A stretch of 56,739 bases of DNA from contig CAVOMX010000003.1 in NCBI GenBank assembly GCA_963697165.1, positions 1 through 56,739 on the forward strand. Direction: 5' to 3'. This document shows positions 1 to 10,648 of the stretch, piece by piece (within the stretch, counting starts at the first letter, position 1; every line of letters starts with the position of its first letter). Under the pieces are notes generated by a model. The model was not told where the DNA came from. It ran no database searches and saw only the letters and a program-made list of their open reading frames with translations. Source of the DNA: Candidatus Bathyarchaeota archaeon (GTDB taxonomy: Archaea; Thermoproteota; Bathyarchaeia; Bathyarchaeales; Bathyarchaeaceae). The translations under genes and the position numbers were made by a program.

Positions 1-58
1 AAGGTTTCTTGACTAGGCATATATTCAACGGGGGATATTTTGGTCAAGGTTTCTTGAC
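1..58. promoter_or_regulatory. Duplicated palindromic operator GTCAAG-N4-CTTGAC flanking a TATA-like box
   Basis: AAGGTTTCTTGAC at 1-13 (cut by the window edge) and GTCAAGGTTTCTTGAC at 43-58, with ATATAT between them, just upstream of the surface-protein array. Confidence 0.55.
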
Positions 59-75
59 AAAAACCCTTTTCCCCT

Positions 76-1004
76 TTGTTAACTAATGTATTAATGGTGC
101 CTTTGATGGGGCAAAGGAGCGCTAATCTCATTCTGTTAATAGTTCTTTCTTCTGTTTTGGTCACTTTCTCAAACATTGCGACAGTTGCGGCGAATCCCAT
201 TCCATTTTATTCACTTGAAATGACTGAAGAATATATTGACTACACGATTTCTTATATTAACGGAAGTTTATGGGCAAAAGTCGATGGCACATATCCTCTA
301 TCTAAATTCGATATTGAATGTCAAAACCAATTAATTCGGATAGACAACACGTGGTTTTTGTTTACTGGTGACACCCAATCACTAGTTTATCCTACCCCTC
401 TAGGCACAACCAGCATCGACTTATAAAAGTTGATGAAAAAGAACTGAAATGGAGCAACTACACCCAAGCTTTTCCTTACGCCTTGCATAACACTGCCATC
501 GGAGACTGGCCAATGATTTCATGCACAATCCATCCTGTTTTAGACCAGTTTACCCTTAAAATCCATTACGAGCACCCGATCACAAAAAATAATGGAAGCT
601 ACACATTCTTATATGATTTGAACATAAGCCCATATTTGTCGCCTTGGAGCACCAAATCCACAGCCCACTTCAACATAAGATTTGAAACAAACATCAAAGA
701 CCTCAAAGCATACACCATAGCAACAAATGGATCAACTAATCCAGTAGACTATACAGTTAAAAAAGAGGATGCAGCAGAAACAGTTTCGCTTCAAGTTATT
801 TCCGAATACTCAAAACCGCTTCCCGGAGACCTACTAATATCTTTTGGTGAAGAAAAAGAATTAGAGAATATTAGTTCAAGTTTTTTTGCTTCAAATTTAT
901 CGACAGAGCAAGGTTATGCCATTCTAGGAGTGACAGCATTGTCAACTGTTGTGGTGGCTGGTTACCTATCCCTGAAACACAAAGGAAGGAGTAACAAGGA
1001 ATGA
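76..1004 (+). CDS. Secreted, membrane-anchored protein (frameshift near 420)
   Basis: ORF 76-426 has a signal peptide ending ..AANPIPF. The other frame reads IKVDEKELKWSNYTQAFPYALHNTA into ORF 483-1004, which ends in a TM helix plus basic tail. Confidence 0.7.
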
Positions 1005-2303
1005 GCAAGAAACATTTGATGAATTCAGGGTTTGTTTCGTTTTTACTGTTTTTACTGACTCTTTCATTATTCAGTGGTTCACAGTTTGTTGGTTTGGTTT
1101 CTGCTAATTTTTTTCCTGCTCCAGTGCCTGAACACACTATCGAGATTACTGCGAACGGAGATGTAATAGGAACGGATAAGATTCAGCGCAACGGCAACAT
1201 TTACACGTTTACAGGAGACATCGTGGGTAGCATTGTAATCTTTCGTGATGGAATAGTTGTTGATGGGGCAGGTTATACTCTTCAGGGAAATGGATATCGC
1301 ACAGGTGTTTGGTTTCAAGAAATAACAGGTGTAACGGATAAAGGACCTGCACATCAGAAGCTTCATCCATGGCATCGAATTTACTTATGGAATGTCAATG
1401 GATGGTTGCAGAGATATTACACTTTCTGGAAATACTATAACCGACAACGAATATGGAATAACTGTCTGGTTGTTCTCAAGTAGCAACTACTTCCTTGATA
1501 ACATCATCGCAAATAACACCTATGGGGTTTCCCTCAATCACTCCCCAAACAATACCTTCAGAAACAACCAGCTGACCAATAACAAATATAACTTCTGGAT
1601 TTCATGCGAAACCGGAGTTCAAATGACATACTTCATGAACGACATCGACCATTCAAACACGATAAACGGCAAACCCGTCATCTACTGGGTTAATCAGCAA
1701 GACAAACCTGTGCCTCATGACGCTGGATATGTAGCTCTCGTAAACTGCACAGCAATCACGGTCCAAAACCTAGTTCTCACAAACAACAGCCAAGGCATAC
1801 TGCTGGTTGCCACAGACAACTCGATAATAACAAAAAATTATATATTAAACAACGACTACGGCGTCATGCTCTTTGCGCCCTACGAACAATGTCGCAGCAA
1901 CCGCATAACAGAAAACAATCTAACAGCAAACACCAAAGACGGCATCCACTCATGGAACTCTGAAAACACAATCGTTACTGCAAACAGCATAACAGGCAAC
2001 CAAGAGAACGGAATCAATTTTTACGATTCTCGAGGAGCGGTCATCACCGAGAACACAATAACAGGAAACAATGGGAAGGGCATCACGATCTGGGGACACG
2101 ATTCAAGTGATAACACAGTCTCTAACAACTACCTAGCAAACAACGATAACAGCCAAGACGCCATAATCCCAGAGTTTCCATCATCGACTCCCATACTGAT
2201 TATGTTCAGTGGTCTCACGATTGCGGTCTTGGTCTACAGGACAAAATTAACAAAAATAGTAAACCAATACAGTGAGAGGACCAAGATTGACTCGAAGAGT
2301 TAG
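1001..2303 (+). CDS. NosD/CASH right-handed beta-helix surface protein with PEF-type C-terminal sorting motif (frameshift near 1337)
   Basis: Signal peptide, IVVDGAGYTLQG, repeated N-x-I-x-x-N-x-x-GI units, C-terminal IIPEFPSS + TM + basic residues. Confidence 0.85.
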
Positions 2304-3983
2304 AGTAAACAAAAGACTGTTTTCCTCAACGATTTTTATTTGTCTTCTGCTTTTGTCCCTGGGAATGCAGTTCGTTAGGTTAACAGAAGCAAATTTCTTT
2401 CCAATCCCAATTCCTCAACCAGCATATATAATCAGAAGTGATGGAAGCGTTGATCCTCCAACGGTGCTGATTCACCGGGAGGGAAACGTTTACACCCTCA
2501 CAGACAACATTGTTAGTTACACTATTGCCGCTGAACGGGATGACATTGTAATTGATGGAGGAGGCTATGCGCTCCGAGGAAACGGTAACTCCACTGGAAT
2601 TTTCCTCAAAAATCGAAACGGGATAACAGTTAGGAATATGGAAATCAGCAGTTTTGGTACGGTATTAGGCTCTTTGCTGAGGATTTTATGAGTATGACTT
2701 CAGCCAACAATATTCTTGCGAATAATCTATTGACAGACAACAAGTATGGCATTTACATAAGCTACTCTGCTAACAACACGTTAAGAAGGAACCAGATGAA
2801 CAATAATGTTAACAACTTTTGGATTTATGGCGGTTTTATATCTGAATCCCAAAGCGGTTACATTAACGATGTTGACTCCTCAAATACGGTTGATGGAAAA
2901 CCAATCATTTACTGGGTAAATGAAGGTGACAAGACAGTTCCATCCGATGCTGGATATGTGGCACTTATAAAGTGTACAAATATCACGGTTCAAAACCATA
3001 ATCTAGCTAACAATGGACAGGGAATACTGTTGGTCTATACAACCAACTCGCTAGTAACCAAGAACCATGTAACCAAGTGTGGCAGCGGCATCTATATCTA
3101 CAACTCTAAAAAACTGATGCTTACCGAAAACAACTTGGCAGAAAATAGTAATGGCATAAAAGGTTACGTTTCTTCAGAAAACAGTATTTCCTCAAACACA
3201 ATAGCCAATAACGAAATTGGCATATACTTTACGGGGACTTCAGAGAACAACATCCTTTCTGGAAACAATATTACAGCAAATACTGTAGATGGCATCCATT
3301 TATGGGGTTCTCGTAACACAACCGTTGAAAACAATAATCTTGAAAACAACATTGAGACGGGTGTAAACTTTTTTGACTGTCAGAATAACAAAATTTTGAA
3401 AAATACAATAATAGGAAACAACGGCTACGGCATCAAGTTTTGGTATGACTCGAGCGAAAACTCAATCTCGGAAAATCATATAGCAAACAACAATTGTGGA
3501 ATCCTAATCGATGGCTCTTTTGATAATAAAATCATTGGAAACCTGATCACAGAAAATAACGACTGGGGTATCCGCTTAGAGGGAGACCAAAACAACAACG
3601 TCATTTACCATAACACCTTCGTGGACAACAATGCAAATGGGGAAGGATTGCAGGTGTCCATTCCAGCTTATATGGGAATGGGTGACCCAATTGAGTGGTT
3701 GCCGGGGCATGGTAATGTTTGGGATAATGGTACTTCCGGTAACTATTGGAGCGACTATTTGGTTAGGTACCCAAACGCTACCCAAATAGATGGTTTGGGA
3801 ATAGGAAACACGCCTTTTTATATGAATGAAAACAACATTGACCGCTTCCCAGTAATAGAACCAACTATTATCTCAGAATTCTCTTCATTGACAGTTTTGT
3901 TAGTCATATCATTTTTTGTTACAATCATTGTCATCTATAAACAAAAACTTGATAATGGACAAGAGAGGAAGTGGAATGACTAA
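2272..3983 (+). CDS. NosD/CASH beta-helix surface protein, paralogue of the upstream gene (frameshift near 2655)
   Basis: Shares the NDVDSSNTVDGKPIIYWVN..VPSDAGYVAL..CT block with the upstream gene; WDNGTSGNYWSDY NosD motif; IISEFSS + TM + basic tail. Confidence 0.85.
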
Positions 3984-5275
3984 ATCTATAAGATTTCTCT
4001 CACTATTATTTCTCGGTTTATTACTTGTTTCTCTTTCTACAGTCAAGGTTGCAAAAAGCACAGTAAACAACACATATGCTTGGAGTACTCTTCAAGGTGA
4101 TGCACAACGAACGGGCTATACGGAAAGCCCGGCTCCTAATAATAATCAAACCTTTTGGAAATATCAGACTGGGGGACCTATCATTTGTTCTCCAGTAACT
4201 GAAGCAGGAATAGTCTTTGTTTCTTCTACTGACGGATATTTATACGCAATCAACTCAACAACTGGCGTAAAAATGTGGGACTTCTGGATCGGAGCAGATG
4301 TAAATTCTCCAACTGTCGCTCACAACAAAGTCTTCATTACGAGTAAATCAGGCACTGTTTCTGCTTATGATATGTATACTGGGTCCCAAGTGTGGAACAA
4401 ATCGCTTGGAGAAGAAATAGGTTTTGGAGCTCCACTTATAGTTGGCTCAAGAGTTTTCGTGAATACAAACCAAACAATAGTTTGTCTTAATGAAGCAGTT
4501 GGAGTAACACTTTACACTTCCTCTGTACCTCATACAAACGGAATTGCTCCTCTGGCTCATTCTGGTGATCTGGTAATAGCTGTTGCTTTACGTGGTATCG
4601 CTATTGGAGTTAACGGCGATGAAGTCAATGATGGTAATGGGCGCTTTTGGGTTAATCTGGCTGAAAATGTTAGTGATCAAGCAAAAAGTGCTCCAACAAT
4701 AAGTGGTGAAAGAATCACTGTCGCTGTTGGGGGGTTAGATGGTAATAGCATGATTTTTGGTTTAAACAATTTTGGGATGAGAGATTGGGAACAGCAATTA
4801 GGTGGGTTTACTCAAGCTTCTCCAGCAGTTGCTTACAATTCAATCTACCTTCAGACAGACAATTTCATCTATGCTTTACATGAAAACGATGGAACCATTA
4901 AATGGAGTCGCCCAATAGAAAGTGAATATTCCGTTTCTTCTCCTGCTGTAGCGGATGGAAAAGTTCATGTTGGAATAGGCAACTACGTTTTACGCGTTTG
5001 ACTCTTCGAGTGGAGAACAGATTTGGAGCTACAAAACTGACGGTCAGACCCAATCATCTCCGGCAATTTCTGATGGACTATTATTCGTGGGATCTGATGA
5101 CGGAATCTTGTATGCAATAGGAACTCATTTAATTCCAGAGAATAACCTAACTTTATTCGGGTTTTTGTTTTTAGGAATCATTCTCTTGACTATAAAGTTG
5201 GTTTATATTAGGAAAGAAAAAAATAAAAAAGCCGCATTACAGCTAAGATATACAACAATAATTCACAATTGGTGA
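3976..5275 (+). CDS. PQQ-binding-like (BamB-type) beta-propeller surface protein (frameshift near 4990)
   Basis: WSTLQGDAQRTG, repeated SSPAVADG / YA...TG...W blades; the other frame continues YAFDSSSGEQIWSYKT into ORF 5087-5275 ending IPEN + TM + KEKNKK. Confidence 0.85.
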
Positions 5276-5281
5276 AATATA

Positions 5282-5875
5282 ATGGATATAATATCGATAT
5301 TCTGTCCTTATTGTCATAAATATACTTCTCTAACTGCTGCTACTCAAAAGGTAAGTGCAGGAAGTAGAGGAGATGTCATTGTGAAAACTCAATGGATATC
5401 TGACGAAGATACATGGTGGATTGGAATAACTAATTGTTGTTATTCGCCTGTCCTGATTAATAATAAAGGCGACATTATTCATCCTTCTCCTTTACCTTCT
5501 ACCACTGATAAAAGAATACCAGAACCTATACGACTAGATTTAGGAGGCAAAGATTTGTTTTAATGTTAATGCATATCGTGCATGTGCTGTTATGGCGCGT
5601 CGAGCAATACAATCGACATGTATAGAGAAAGGTGCCAAAAAAACAAACTTTGTGATCAAATACAGGAATTATTTTCCAATGGAGTAATAACAAAAGATCT
5701 CAAAGAATGGACTGATGTTGTGAGATGGGTAGGAAATGATGCGGCACATCCTACTGCTGGTGTAGTGAATAAAGAAGATGCGGAAGACAGCTTAAAACTC
5801 TCAGAACAAATCCTTCATATGATATATGTCGCTCCAGCTATTGCAAAAGAAAGAAGAATCAAAATTGGCAGATAA
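5282..5875 (+). CDS. DUF4145 (HEPN-superfamily) protein with N-terminal Zn ribbon (two frameshifts)
   Basis: CPYC at the N-terminus; reconstructed EAKICFNVNAYRACAVMARRAIQ..LCDQIQEL..VRWVGNDAAH with an R-x6-H motif; indels near 5541 and in the A-run near 5640. Confidence 0.75.
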
Positions 5876-5991
5876 TGAGCTTTGTGTAGAGACAAATGGA
5901 AGCAAGGTGAATAATCGCGGATTTATTAAAAAAGCTGGATTATTTTTAGTTAAACAGCTTCATCAATAAGCATATAGCAGTTCTATGGCAT

Positions 5992-6273
5992 ATGCCGGAG
6001 GTTGAAAATATAATTAATCAACTAACAATTATTAAAAAAGGAGTTGAAAAAGCAAGTAGAAACAATCCTAAGTGTTACAGTAAACAGAATCAGAAAGAAA
6101 TCCAATCAGGAAAAAAAGCGTCTTTTTCTAGAAAACATTTATCTTTAGAAAGCTCATATGAATCAGTTGGTATATCAGAAAATCCAATAAACTTAGTAAA
6201 AGTTGGAGATTCGGGAGACATCTCCATTACTAGTGAAAAAACTGCAAACTCTCTTAATAAAAAATCACATTAA
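5992..6273 (+). CDS. Hypothetical protein, possibly the remnant of a longer decayed ORF
   Basis: 93-aa ORF in an AT-rich patch; an in-frame ATG at 5896 is separated from it by stop codons. Confidence 0.3.
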   Translation: MPEVENIINQLTIIKKGVEKASRNNPKCYSKQNQKEIQSGKKASFSRKHLSLESSYESVGISENPINLVKVGDSGDISITSEKTANSLNKKSH

Positions 6274-6406
6274 CCCTGACCTTCAGTTTTGGTAATGTGA
6301 AAGTTATCCCGGATATGTTAGAATTTTGAATTACACTTCTTGGTTTCTTTCTAACCTTTTGGTTAAATATTCGAAGCGGCATCTTTTTTTACTTTAAAAA
6401 TAGATT

Positions 6407-7342
6407 TTAGAGGTAGATTGTAAACTGTAGACGCTCAACCAGTTCTTTGTAGCGGTTTCTTATGGTTACTTCTGTCACTTGGGCAATCTCTGCAATCTCT
6501 CTTTGTGTTTTTCTTTCTCCAGTTAATACAGAGGCAATATAGCTAGCTGCTGCAGCAATACCTGTAGGTCCTCTTCCTGAAGTAAGTTTCAATTCTTTGG
6601 CTACAGAAAGAATCTTATGAGCAATCTCTTCAGCTTTTCCTTCCATTGTTAGCTGATTAGAGAATTTAGCTATATATTGGCTAGTTTTTACTGGTGGAAT
6701 AAAATAGTTCAGTTGTTTTAATAGGAAACGGTAGCTTCGTCCAACCTCTTTTTTGTCTACTGTTGAAGCCTGAGAGATCTCTTCTAAAGTTCTTGCTAGT
6801 CCACATTGTCGGCAAGCAACATAAATAGCGGCTGCTGTTACTCCTTGTATAGACCTTCCACGTATGAGACGTTCCTTGACTGCTTTTCGATAAATAACGG
6901 AAGCTGTTTCGAGAATGTTTTTAGGTAAATTGAGATTATTTGCTATCTTTGATATTTCAGAAAGTGCAAATGCAAGGTTTCTTTCTGTTGCATCGGAAAC
7001 CCTAATTCGTCTTTGCCACTTCCTTAGCCTATAAATTTGAGCCTTCTCACCATGAGGGAGACTTTGACCATGGATATCTCGATCCTGCCAGTCGATCATA
7101 GTAGAAAGACCCTTATCATGAATTGTAAATGTGGCTGGAGCTCCCGCTCGTGCACGTTTTGCACGTTGCTCGGCATCAAAGGCTCTCCATTCTGGTCCTT
7201 GATTTGTTAGTTCTGCGACAACTACATAACCACAACCCATGCACACAATTTCAGCAGATTCATTGTCGTTCATTATGCGATTGCTTCCGCATTCTGGGCA
7301 CCTTCGAATGATCGGAGATGATGATATGTTTGCTGCTTTCAT
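6407..7342 (-). CDS. tfb: Transcription initiation factor IIB
   Basis: CPECG..CMGCG Zn ribbon, GPEWRAF B-reader, two cyclin repeats, VTEVTIRNRYKEL. Confidence 0.98.
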   Translation of the reverse strand: MKAANISSSPIIRRCPECGSNRIMNDNESAEIVCMGCGYVVVAELTNQGPEWRAFDAEQRAKRARAGAPATFTIHDKGLSTMIDWQDRDIHGQSLPHGEKAQIYRLRKWQRRIRVSDATERNLAFALSEISKIANNLNLPKNILETASVIYRKAVKERLIRGRSIQGVTAAAIYVACRQCGLARTLEEISQASTVDKKEVGRSYRFLLKQLNYFIPPVKTSQYIAKFSNQLTMEGKAEEIAHKILSVAKELKLTSGRGPTGIAAAASYIASVLTGERKTQREIAEIAQVTEVTIRNRYKELVERLQFTIYL

Positions 7343-7597
7343 TTTTTTTTCCTTCTATATAATCCAAATTTAGAGTGAATTACATATAGAACATGATTGA
7401 TTAGCTGTTCTGTGGGTTATTAATGTATGGTTCACAGTTACGTAAGGTGAGAACGTGGAACCGAAGACATCAAAAAATATTCCAATATGTTTGAGATTTT
7501 CATTCGCAACTTGATCACCGATTCATGGATTATTTTCCGCTCTAAAGATCATGTTTTTTGTAATGCATACATGAAGGACTTGTTCAATTATACACAA
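7339..7597 (-). pseudogene. gar1: Decayed Gar1/Naf1 (H/ACA RNP) gene
   Basis: Reads QVLHVCITKNMIFRAENNP*IGDQVANENLKHIGIFFDVFGSTFSPYVTV then, after indels, QLINHVLYV..RRKKK*. Premature TGA at 7523-7525; final TGA overlaps the tfb ATG, matching the conserved gar1-tfb arrangement. Confidence 0.75.
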
Positions 7598-7786
7598 AAT
7601 CTATTGTTATTAAATGCGTTTTATATTAACATTTTCTAAAAATAATTAAAAAAGGACAAGTTTGTGGGGAAATCTTTGTGATCGTGTACGGCAAATCCCC
7701 ACTACCTCACCATGTGTGTCTGGGGGTCAGTTTCCTGTGTTTTTATTTCTCACTTTTTACTAAAGTTAGTTTTTCTTGGAAACTTG

Positions 7787-9067
7787 TTAAGAACTTATTT
7801 GTTCTTTCATCATTTTTATGCTGTTTAAGGCGGCGAACGTTGATGATTCTACGCTTGAGGCAGCAGATTCTATCGCGTTAATGTATAGTAGTCCTTTGTC
7901 AAGGCAAGTGGATGGTATCTTTTCTATTGGTTTGAAAATAGGATACGCTGCACTCCACGTATGATCTAGAATAGTTTTTCCGTTTTTGAAAATATCATCT
8001 AAAAGATCGTTGCCTATCGGTTCCGTTGAGGTAACAGTCACCAATGACTCATCTTTTGTTGATTTATTAATAGAAAATCGAGTTATTGGATCTGCTTCCT
8101 TAGAAGTGAGTATAATAGATGGCAATTTAGTGGAGGAATCTAGATTAAAATACCTTGGATTTACTGCACCCTTCATTAATCGGATGTAGATTTTCTGGTA
8201 TTCACGTGCTTGCCATCTTTGTTTTACAACTCCTTCAAAGGTTATATCAGCGACTTCTAGTGGTACAGCAAGAATCACTCCATCAAAAACTGAAGTATTC
8301 TCACCAACTGAGACACGAAAAGAATCTTTAGACGTTTTCTCGATACTTTTCACTTTGCTTTCTAATTCAACCTTAGAATCGGATGCTTCGAGAAGCTTTC
8401 TTGGCAAGACATCGTTGCCATCTTTGAGACTATAAATTGCTTCCCCATAGACTCCTAGTAACGAAGAGAGCCCAGCAAATCCTCCCAGCTCAGCATTTTG
8501 AGAGTAGATTATCCTTGTGATCGGCGTGATTAGTTCATCAATAAATTTTCTGTCAATACCCATTTCAACGAGAATTTGATCAAACGACATTTTATACCAC
8601 TTGTCAAGACCAGCACTCTCGAAAAGCTCCCAGAAGTCTATCGGCTTCTTTTCCTCTTTTTCGTAAAGTTTTTTTATTTTTCCATTTGCTTCTCTTAACC
8701 TGAGAAGTAGTTTTGGCATACTAAGTTTGTATTTGGTGAACAATTTTAGCATCGTATAGAACATCGGCTGACCTGATTTGAAGACAATCTCAGTTCCATT
8801 CCACACTGCAATATCCATAGGCTCATCAAGTTTCTTTACTTTGAGTCCCATTTCCTTTACAAGGTCGCAGACTGTCTTGTTAGTAGGATTGAAGAACTCT
8901 GCTCCCACCTCACTTGTTACTTCTTTTCCATTGAAAGTAAAGACTCTTCCACCGATTCTTTTTTCCATTTCATAAACAGTTACCTTTGAATACGGAAAAT
9001 ATTTGCGGGCAAAATATGCCGCAGAACAACCTCCTATTCCTGCACCTATAACCGCTAGATTAACCAT
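7787..9067 (-). CDS. FAD-dependent prenylcysteine oxidase/lyase-like protein
   Basis: AVIGAGIGGCSAAYF, IGGRV, VWNGTEIVF, DELITPITRIIYSQ, DGNDVL, and W.AYP.FKP..LLYINAIESAASSVESSTFAALN, collinear with eukaryotic PCYOX1. Confidence 0.8.
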   Translation of the reverse strand: MVNLAVIGAGIGGCSAAYFARKYFPYSKVTVYEMEKRIGGRVFTFNGKEVTSEVGAEFFNPTNKTVCDLVKEMGLKVKKLDEPMDIAVWNGTEIVFKSGQPMFYTMLKLFTKYKLSMPKLLLRLREANGKIKKLYEKEEKKPIDFWELFESAGLDKWYKMSFDQILVEMGIDRKFIDELITPITRIIYSQNAELGGFAGLSSLLGVYGEAIYSLKDGNDVLPRKLLEASDSKVELESKVKSIEKTSKDSFRVSVGENTSVFDGVILAVPLEVADITFEGVVKQRWQAREYQKIYIRLMKGAVNPRYFNLDSSTKLPSIILTSKEADPITRFSINKSTKDESLVTVTSTEPIGNDLLDDIFKNGKTILDHTWSAAYPIFKPIEKIPSTCLDKGLLYINAIESAASSVESSTFAALNSIKMMKEQISS

Positions 9068-9106
9068 TTTACTTCAAACAATTAAGGCAGTTCGGGTAAA
9101 ATAAAC

Positions 9107-9141
9107 GTAACCTGAAGGAAAACAACATAAACTTAGGTTAC
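9107..9141. promoter_or_regulatory. Inverted repeat next to the TATA box of the oxidase gene
   Basis: GTAACCTGAAG (9107-9117) versus CTTAGGTTAC (9132-9141). Confidence 0.35.
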
Positions 9142-9178
9142 ATTTAATTTACTTATATTGGGGGTTTGGGGTTAAAAT

Positions 9179-9871
9179 TTAATCTCTCTCTTCCGCATAC
9201 GCTCGTTTTACGTGCGCATCTTTTTCGATAACGCTCAATTGTCCACCGATGCCGACCTTTAACTGGAGTTCGCCCTTAAAGGTTACAACACGGGCGTTCT
9301 CAACTTGGATAGTATCTCCCACAGCAACTGTGTCTATTTGTTGGTTCCACAAAGGTAGTTGAATACTTCCAGTTTCATCTGTGACTTTTGCGTTCGCTAC
9401 CATGTTTAATTGTCCTAACCGAGTGAAGACGGTTTTCGGCTTTGGAATTTCAATAACTTTTGCCTTTAAGTTAATTCGGTTCATTCCTAACTTCAAATCT
9501 CTGATCTGTGGGTGTTCAATTTTAACCCTATCCTGAATTTTTTTCATTGATGTCTTTGTGGGAGCAAAATTTTTGAGTGGATTGGTTTCTTTAAGGATGT
9601 GTTTGGGTATGGGGAATTGGGCGACCACTTTGTCACCTTTGGTTATGAGAAAAACGGCATTATCTTGTGTTTTATTCCAGCATTTAATTGAAAGGCTTTC
9701 ACATGTAGATTCTTGGCGTTCCCAAGCTTCAATGAAGCTATTAAAAAAGTCGTTCGAATCGATTCCATATTTCATTGAAATAAGAGCGAGATATTCAAGA
9801 GCCTTAAAATCAGCAAGATTGTGATACCTGCCACGGGGGCGACCTTTTTCCCGTGACACTTTAATTTGCAT
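9179..9871 (-). CDS. OB-fold single-stranded DNA-binding protein (SSB/RPA-like) with an uncharacterised N-terminal domain
   Basis: IRDLK.GM.RINLKAKVIEI..VANAKVTDETGSIQLPLWN..VGDTIQVENARV.TFKGELQL. Confidence 0.85.
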   Translation of the reverse strand: MQIKVSREKGRPRGRYHNLADFKALEYLALISMKYGIDSNDFFNSFIEAWERQESTCESLSIKCWNKTQDNAVFLITKGDKVVAQFPIPKHILKETNPLKNFAPTKTSMKKIQDRVKIEHPQIRDLKLGMNRINLKAKVIEIPKPKTVFTRLGQLNMVANAKVTDETGSIQLPLWNQQIDTVAVGDTIQVENARVVTFKGELQLKVGIGGQLSVIEKDAHVKRAYAEERD

Positions 9872-10216
9872 TTGACTCGTTCCTATTCCCGAAGTTACCT
9901 ATGAACCTATTTAAGGGTGTCTAGAAGAAAAAATCAAAGTATCATAACCTCTAAAATTCACGTCTTAACTTTTAATTTTTTAAAGTATTCCATGATGCTT
10001 CTGAAATTTACATTGGTAATTTGGTTCTTGGTTGTTATTTTACTTATGTACGTTTTATGTTGGGGTTAAAATTTTTACCCAATCGTTTTATCATTTTTTT
10101 ATCAACGATTACATAATACATCTTGAATATTAAAATCGTAGATTAGCCTCAGATTCTACCCTTTAGAAAGAGGGCGAAGGATCATCATGCTGTAGAAACT
10201 ATGATGATGTTGTGGG

Positions 10217-10513
10217 CTAGCTTCGTTTTAAGGTGATTTCGATTGTTGAAATATTTCTCGAGTTGCTTTCTCCTTCTCTTGGTGGCATCTCTTCGGTTCC
10301 GATGACTACTTTGTCTACTATCATTTCTTTGACGAATTTACGTCGAGCTATTTCGACGGCGTCGACAGCTGTTGTTATTGATCGTCCTCTCGCCTTCACG
10401 GTAGCCTCTTTTACGTCGGATCCGCTGAAAGCAGTTACGATAGCTAACACATAATCCATGGGTAGTTTTCTTCCTACAAATATTATTTTCGAGTCGTTAG
10501 ATTTATTGCTCAT
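10217..10513 (-). CDS. albA: DNA/RNA-binding protein Alba
   Basis: IFVGRK.PMDYVLA..VKARGRSITTAVDAVEI..ISTIEITL. Confidence 0.95.
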   Translation of the reverse strand: MSNKSNDSKIIFVGRKLPMDYVLAIVTAFSGSDVKEATVKARGRSITTAVDAVEIARRKFVKEMIVDKVVIGTEEMPPREGESNSRNISTIEITLKRS

Positions 10514-10648
10514 TTTTAGATTCTCCGTTGCTTGTGCTGTTAGTGATGAATGGTTGCACTTTTAAAGCCTCTTGTTAAGTCAGAACAAAGGATCAAGACG
10601 AGACCACATCTATATTGCAGACATCTTGCGTGCGAGTGTACGTGAGTT

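Noticed and set aside
1..58. CRISPR array start
   Set aside because: Only two short copies, repeat too short, no cas genes; it fits an operator better
1001..3983. Diversity-generating retroelement TR/VR pair in the similar NosD blocks
   Set aside because: Differences are not adenine-specific, both copies are coding paralogues, and no reverse transcriptase is present
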